Below are positions 61,001 to 64,000 of a stretch of DNA of 64,000 bases, piece after piece (within the stretch, counting starts at the first letter, position 1; each line of letters begins with the position of its first letter). The position numbers and the translations under genes were made by a program. The stretch spans positions 19,239 to 83,238 of the IMG/VR virus record IMGVR_UViG_3300042502_001136; one strand, written 5' to 3'. The notes below the pieces were generated by a model. The model saw nothing but the letters and a program-made list of their open reading frames with translations, was not told the origin of the DNA and did not search any database. Source of the stretch: a virus.

Positions 61001-64000
61001 TCCGGTACGTTGACGTAAATCTAATATTATAGTACCAAGACTATCATGAGTTTCAGTATCATAAAGTAGTTTATATCTTGTATCATATATGTTGTTGTCT
61101 TTCCCCAATAGATGGTATGTGTTTGATACAAGAAATGATTTGAACTCATTAGTAGCTTTATTTAATAAATCAGCTTCTTCATTAACAGTACTAACATTAC
61201 CAAATCTAATATTAATTAAATTAGATAAAATATCTCTAATATTACCTTTATTATAAGGATAATGCTTATTCCATAATACATTATTAAATAGTACACCATA
61301 TACACCAGCAAAACCACTAATAGTAGTAGGTCTAATCCATGTATCTCCGTATCGAACAAACCCATCTTCTATTGGGGAAGAGTATTCATAATCTCCAATT
61401 AGCTTACTTACACCTCTAATTTGTTTATCGTATTCAGGTAGTTTAATAATTTGGTCAGCTTTTTGTAAACTATAAAATAAGTTTTTACCAACTCCTTTAC
61501 TATCAGAATTTAAAGTACTTTGTATAACTTTAATTACTTCTCCTTTAGTTTTAAAATCATTAAAAAAGTATAATACTGCATTTTGATATTGAGTATCAGC
61601 TTCTCCATTAAGAGCTTCTATCATTTCATTTAATGTAGTTGTTTTTAATAAAGTTCTATATTCAGGATTATAAGACGGAACATCAGTTAATCCTTTATTA
61701 AAAGCTAATACACTTGGTTGATTTATAAAAGGAACAATAATATCTTCAGTAAAACCCATTAAAGCCATAACTCTAATAACATCAAATGTATCAGAATTAA
61801 TATTAAGTTTACCTAATAATTGTTCATTCTCATCATCTAATGCAGCAGATTGAAAAGCTGATATAACATCTGATTTATATTTACCTTTTTCAACTGAATG
61901 AGGATTATTTAAATCGGAATTATTAAATCCTGCTATATTAACACTATAATCAACTTCTCTTTTTAATTTCTTATCATATCTATAGAAATTCATATTAACA
62001 GGAATATGTTGAATAAGAGCATTAAAAACGTTATCAAGTGAAAATAAACCAACAGCAGACTTACCAGCTCTAGCACGTAAATATTTAGAACTTTGGTAAG
62101 TATTACTAAAAGAAGTAAAATCAGCAGAACTCTTAGCTTGTGGTATTTTACTAACTAATTCTTTTAAATTACCAAGACCAAGAGGATTAGCTCTAGCTGT
62201 TTGTACTTCTTTAGCAGGATTATCTAATACAGCAAAGTGTACATCTAATATCTTATTCTGTAATAAATCATCTTCAATGCCAACATATTTATATATTGCA
62301 CCTTGTTTAAGTTTTCTTATTTGACTTGATACAATAGTGATTCTATTAGCAATATCTATTTTAAGATTACGATGCTTTTCTATTTTCATAGCTTTCTTTA
62401 AATCTCTACTATGATTTCTTAAAGTTTCAAGACTTTTGAGTACATTTTGTCTTCTTTTTATATGTATATCACTTAAGATTTCAAAACTACCACTAGTTTT
62501 ATCAAAATAAGTATTATACATATGTGTATAAAGTTTATCAACATCAAAGTCAGAACCCATTTGTCTAACAAAATCAAGAGGAGCAACAATAATATCTCCA
62601 TAAACGTCAGGAAGAAATCCTACTACTTTAAGTAAAGACATACTATTTAAACCTTGTGTAGGAATACGATATCCAAAAGATTCAAGAGCTTTTTCAGGAA
62701 TTTTAGTTAAATCTAACATCCCATCTACCATAAAATCTTTAACAGATAAAGCATTTCCATCATTATCCCAAAATTTAAAAGGAACAAGAATTTCAGCATA
62801 AGTAATAGTACCGTCTACTTCTTTAGTAGCCGTTAATTCCCCATTCCAACCAGGAACTCTAATAATAGCATTTTCATCAATACTATCTAATGTTTGTATA
62901 TTAGTATTAGTTTTATCTAATCTAATTCCTGCTTCAGATGCTAATATAAAAGATTTACCTTTAAATTTTCTTTTTCTTACTTGATTATCTACAATAGAAT
63001 TTAATAAAGCACTAATTTTATTTTCAGAGTTATTTAACCATAAAGGAGTAGCAAAAGCAGTACCTAATTCATTTAATTCTAAACTATTAATATCATTAAT
63101 ATTATAATTTCGAGCTAATCCTTCTTTAATAAGAATTTCTCTTAATTTATTCATATTATTAATAGTACCAGTAATAGGATTAAATTCTAAATCATTAATA
63201 AGTTTATTATACTTATTCTCGAATAACTTACCATAATAACCATTATAAGAGGTTAATAATGTTCTACCATCTACTTTTTCTCCTGTTTCAGGATGAACAA
63301 AACCTTTAATATCTAATAAGTTAGTAAATAACATTTTACTTTGTTGAGTTCCATCATTTACATGATTTTTCTCTTCATCATAAGGATTTACCTGTTGAAT
63401 ACCGTGTCCTTCTCTAGGAATATTATCTAATAAACCGTCTTTCCAATTCTTAGGAATTATAACATCTTTACCATCTTTAGTAAATAATTTAGGAATATTT
63501 CTAGGTTTACCAATTTTAACAGCAGAAGCAAAAGCTACTCTATCAATAGATTCAGTTTCCATCAATACTCTTATTTTATCTAAAGGAGTATTAACTGTTA
63601 ATTGTTTAATTAATGGATAAGAAGAAGATTTAATATGAACTCTATAATCAATACCATTACGAAGAAAGTTATTTCCATATAAAGGTTTCATAGGTTGTAA
63701 AATTATACCTAAATCTTCTTTATCTACTAATCCTGTTTTATCATAAGTAGATAAAATACTATTCATTTTAGCTTTTGTAATTTCTCCTCTTTTAAATAAT
63801 ATTTTAAGGTGTTCAGCTAATGTAGTAAATTCTTGCCCATCAGCAGCATCAATATCTTTATAAAGAGAAGGTATATCTGAATTAACTCCAAATAAACTAT
63901 TTAAATAAGATAAAGCAGTACTAGTCATTTTAACATCATCAATAACTAATACATTCATAGTTTCATCTTTATCTGATATAATAGGACTCTTACCACCATT
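55016..64000 (-). CDS. Giant virion-packaged RNA polymerase polyprotein (crAss-type), 5' end outside window
   Basis: YRIPTQGLNSM and GSDFDVDKLY (DxDxD at 62551-62537); frame stays open from 63958 to window edge (NGGKSPIISDKDETM). Confidence 0.9.
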   Translation of the reverse strand, partial: NGGKSPIISDKDETMNVLVIDDVKMTSTALSYLNSLFGVNSDIPSLYKDIDAADGQEFTTLAEHLKILFKRGEITKAKMNSILSTYDKTGLVDKEDLGIILQPMKPLYGNNFLRNGIDYRVHIKSSSYPLIKQLTVNTPLDKIRVLMETESIDRVAFASAVKIGKPRNIPKLFTKDGKDVIIPKNWKDGLLDNIPREGHGIQQVNPYDEEKNHVNDGTQQSKMLFTNLLDIKGFVHPETGEKVDGRTLLTSYNGYYGKLFENKYNKLINDLEFNPITGTINNMNKLREILIKEGLARNYNINDINSLELNELGTAFATPLWLNNSENKISALLNSIVDNQVRKRKFKGKSFILASEAGIRLDKTNTNIQTLDSIDENAIIRVPGWNGELTATKEVDGTITYAEILVPFKFWDNDGNALSVKDFMVDGMLDLTKIPEKALESFGYRIPTQGLNSMSLLKVVGFLPDVYGDIIVAPLDFVRQMGSDFDVDKLYTHMYNTYFDKTSGSFEILSDIHIKRRQNVLKSLETLRNHSRDLKKAMKIEKHRNLKIDIANRITIVSSQIRKLKQGAIYKYVGIEDDLLQNKILDVHFAVLDNPAKEVQTARANPLGLGNLKELVSKIPQAKSSADFTSFSNTYQSSKYLRARAGKSAVGLFSLDNVFNALIQHIPVNMNFYRYDKKLKREVDYSVNIAGFNNSDLNNPHSVEKGKYKSDVISAFQSAALDDENEQLLGKLNINSDTFDVIRVMALMGFTEDIIVPFINQPSVLAFNKGLTDVPSYNPEYRTLLKTTTLNEMIEALNGEADTQYQNAVLYFFNDFKTKGEVIKVIQSTLNSDSKGVGKNLFYSLQKADQIIKLPEYDKQIRGVSKLIGDYEYSSPIEDGFVRYGDTWIRPTTISGFAGVYGVLFNNVLWNKHYPYNKGNIRDILSNLINIRFGNVSTVNEEADLLNKATNEFKSFLVSNTYHLLGKDNNIYDTRYKLLYDTETHDSLGTIILDLRQRTGALKPYTNPLLEKLQIGRSTMTATRTGKIPTEIKYYNAGVIEMNDEVIINSIIDMLVNDIYLGDYNGERLTTRILAEQLIQYQLVTGGVQQSAQFIKYIPYDYLKTIGFYKEMEATANLLDNDEFSKNAKEAFTTQYVQHNPEEFYNERVLENFEIVNNKLVAKDRAKIFRSFVVFPSAMPNKYRIFKFIPDIQEYIEIDVLGSKGMKEYDITLPFAGKSTIYINQADSGFERLNDKVEEEVQVIKKEYIPKITSINPPVTSQEQATSLSDFTNHSGGAYGGDTFWDIIGRPLGFTKHNHYKDAGNANLSQQLRNNKVTAVVLSKEQMDKARSEVERLLGKKYPNTLEGNLQVRNFYQVYNSDAVYAIAKLNSNNKSVSGGTNTAIQLGIKLNKPVYVWDINTEQWYKFNNKVFEKTETPILTKNFAGIGSRDIENYNVKKDDKWQPRQEYVGKEKEDKAKQAIKDVYVVTKNSINTLNYSTPTVSNTTSVQLDLFSNLSELSTENLPQPGTATDEFLSLDNNVSDLSSAKIYNTAMADLTKKYYLDDNSLAVEEKYRLILRQIRNNSNNPIIKYFADKIKGLTPLLSAVPFYVDTNLKARGVLLKSNMFAEPFQIRVNPNSFVSEEDLHLVVIEEIIHGITAMEVEKGSSTFVKELEALRKSVENDLINTYGQKAIDRVKYNSKHGLGLTTELDRNILYPIINLQEFIAASINNKLFQEYLNKPANEKAKTLWQRFIKAITDLLQRLGVKKDSNLEAVLHEILNLFENDITKDPAFYVPSVPLYVRTQDYLNKKLNLVNENNVPIQKDNAQEIVDFINKNIVNVVARNIDGRVVLDSNRFADFAYDENIGLTSEIVEGGVNSFPNYIKALEIRVKKLKSSIKKARDIEDFNRVAVLQEQYNKDAELLENAGDVKYLDNLADFAEQDLQTVEEMLKRPLTSEDLVYARSLTNFWKDSTELLFSPVAKKSKILTNLYAGIESEAKSLSDQLSLVEKEYLRNFVKTYINRDITIDEIFSEFKDINSLQNSFKDISTYDNELLTSIWAAVQTANIKAEDDFNKQLEGFEELSDKVLANLKARGYKELFDIFRQRTENGKLTGHLVNQYSKKFYERKAMLISGINANNVFSNFNAYLNHIGNIGLNTNIASLFPANNVITPEVIAAREALKQELGEYAYNSYMKNQQKKIDSYNEHKEGYLEILVSSYNLKSKADITNTEETNRKYENWLKANSPYSLEHYAFKGAPKSIEDYKYFNSHKYYELIPKREAVTADYFDSNFDIIKSDETLLAFYEFVNDTFSTLKKFVPDSQQEALAYGGIPFIEKSLYEMYSEKGFQLGFKPIQDAFIKSMQSSFSDNSSGVIDPNTGKPVQEMRIPMIKNNYEAIKDIVEKKTVEFIVENKREPNNVELYRFKEEAIDEISQQKSFDLPKVIKVYTALVMAHKHKAQIEDGIKIATTVMDSYKESFYRPDGTPITAGLGLIQKKPTAESFVKTKQATENFIKANMYNDIRDEEGKGGKVLTPTEKATKKELENSLIQLEEDLANNVITVEVYTEGAELIQDQLAKLGKTFIYSKAGDNLLKYLQVKLMGWNVLSGFSNMGFGWIANYIEAAGGQVYTKESLNYGYKLVMNSIGRNASFNHETGLYDLEVANKIRAGMNKWDVLKDASNELYTESTPNSFNKRFRWLSPYNMQKRTEYINQAPLLIALAKDTKVQTEKGETTVWDAMDNDFNWNTAEFGEEPKDVIIKLRLKLNQIIKRNHGNYDPASTINAKRSVLGRFALQFRTWMIDAIAVRVEKERFDDILGVEVKGRYRSVGDVYKRTTVGEFALEFMKGILRRYTFGAYKGGTFEGLVENNKIKAVDAANMRKVLTEVTMAINLNLLLLVVAGLKDDDDDEEKLQVLNVLINQGIRLRTDLMLYVNPMEARNLIRDIIPAVSIVKEVADFFYASGKALIGEDEFEAGIHAGDSRLVKASSKLLPFTSKAYSIYNSASQTYDKR

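Noticed and set aside
1-64000. Stop-codon reassignment (known in some crAss-like phages)
   Set aside because: Long genes (MCP, portal, terL, PolA, RNAP) are intact in the standard code, and TAG/TGA end genes (e.g. 26396, 47360, 54958).
1-64000. Integrase, reverse transcriptase/DGR, DNA methyltransferase
   Set aside because: No diagnostic motifs recognised in any ORF.

Overview
This window is about 64 kb of an AT-rich (roughly 27% GC by eye) lytic crAss-like phage (Crassvirales-type) using the standard genetic code. Bacteroidota-type TAnnTTTG promoters point to a Bacteroidota host. There are three blocks. (1) A minus-strand late block (1-21.5 kb) holds lysis genes, fibre/structural genes, auxiliary capsid and ring proteins, major capsid, scaffold, portal, terminase, a PD-(D/E)xK nuclease and an HU/IHF-like protein. 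(2) After a divergent non-coding control region with extreme G/C strand skew (21.5-24 kb), a plus-strand early/replication block (22.3-55 kb) encodes a GroES-like protein, DEDDh exonuclease, Dda-like helicase, PolA, SF2 helicase, DnaB, RecT-like protein, SSB-like proteins, primase, ATP-dependent ligase, GHKL ATPase, spore-photoproduct-lyase-like radical SAM enzyme, MazG-like protein, ThyX, GIY-YIG endonuclease, dNMP kinase and DUF932. (3) A convergent, 5'-truncated giant virion RNA polymerase gene (DFDVD motif) occupies 55-64 kb. The most notable unexplained signal is a dispersed DNA motif TCTA(T/G)TGGGG(G)AA. It occurs in both orientations, inside genes in different reading frames, often as inverted pairs, and in clusters roughly every 6-8 kb. 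Other signals are mirror-image C-less and G-less tracts flanking iteron-like repeats, two structured ncRNA candidates, and three 32-bp-periodic repeats over the homing endonuclease promoter that mimic the 5' end of the neighbouring kinase gene. All family assignments come from motif recognition by eye, not database searches.
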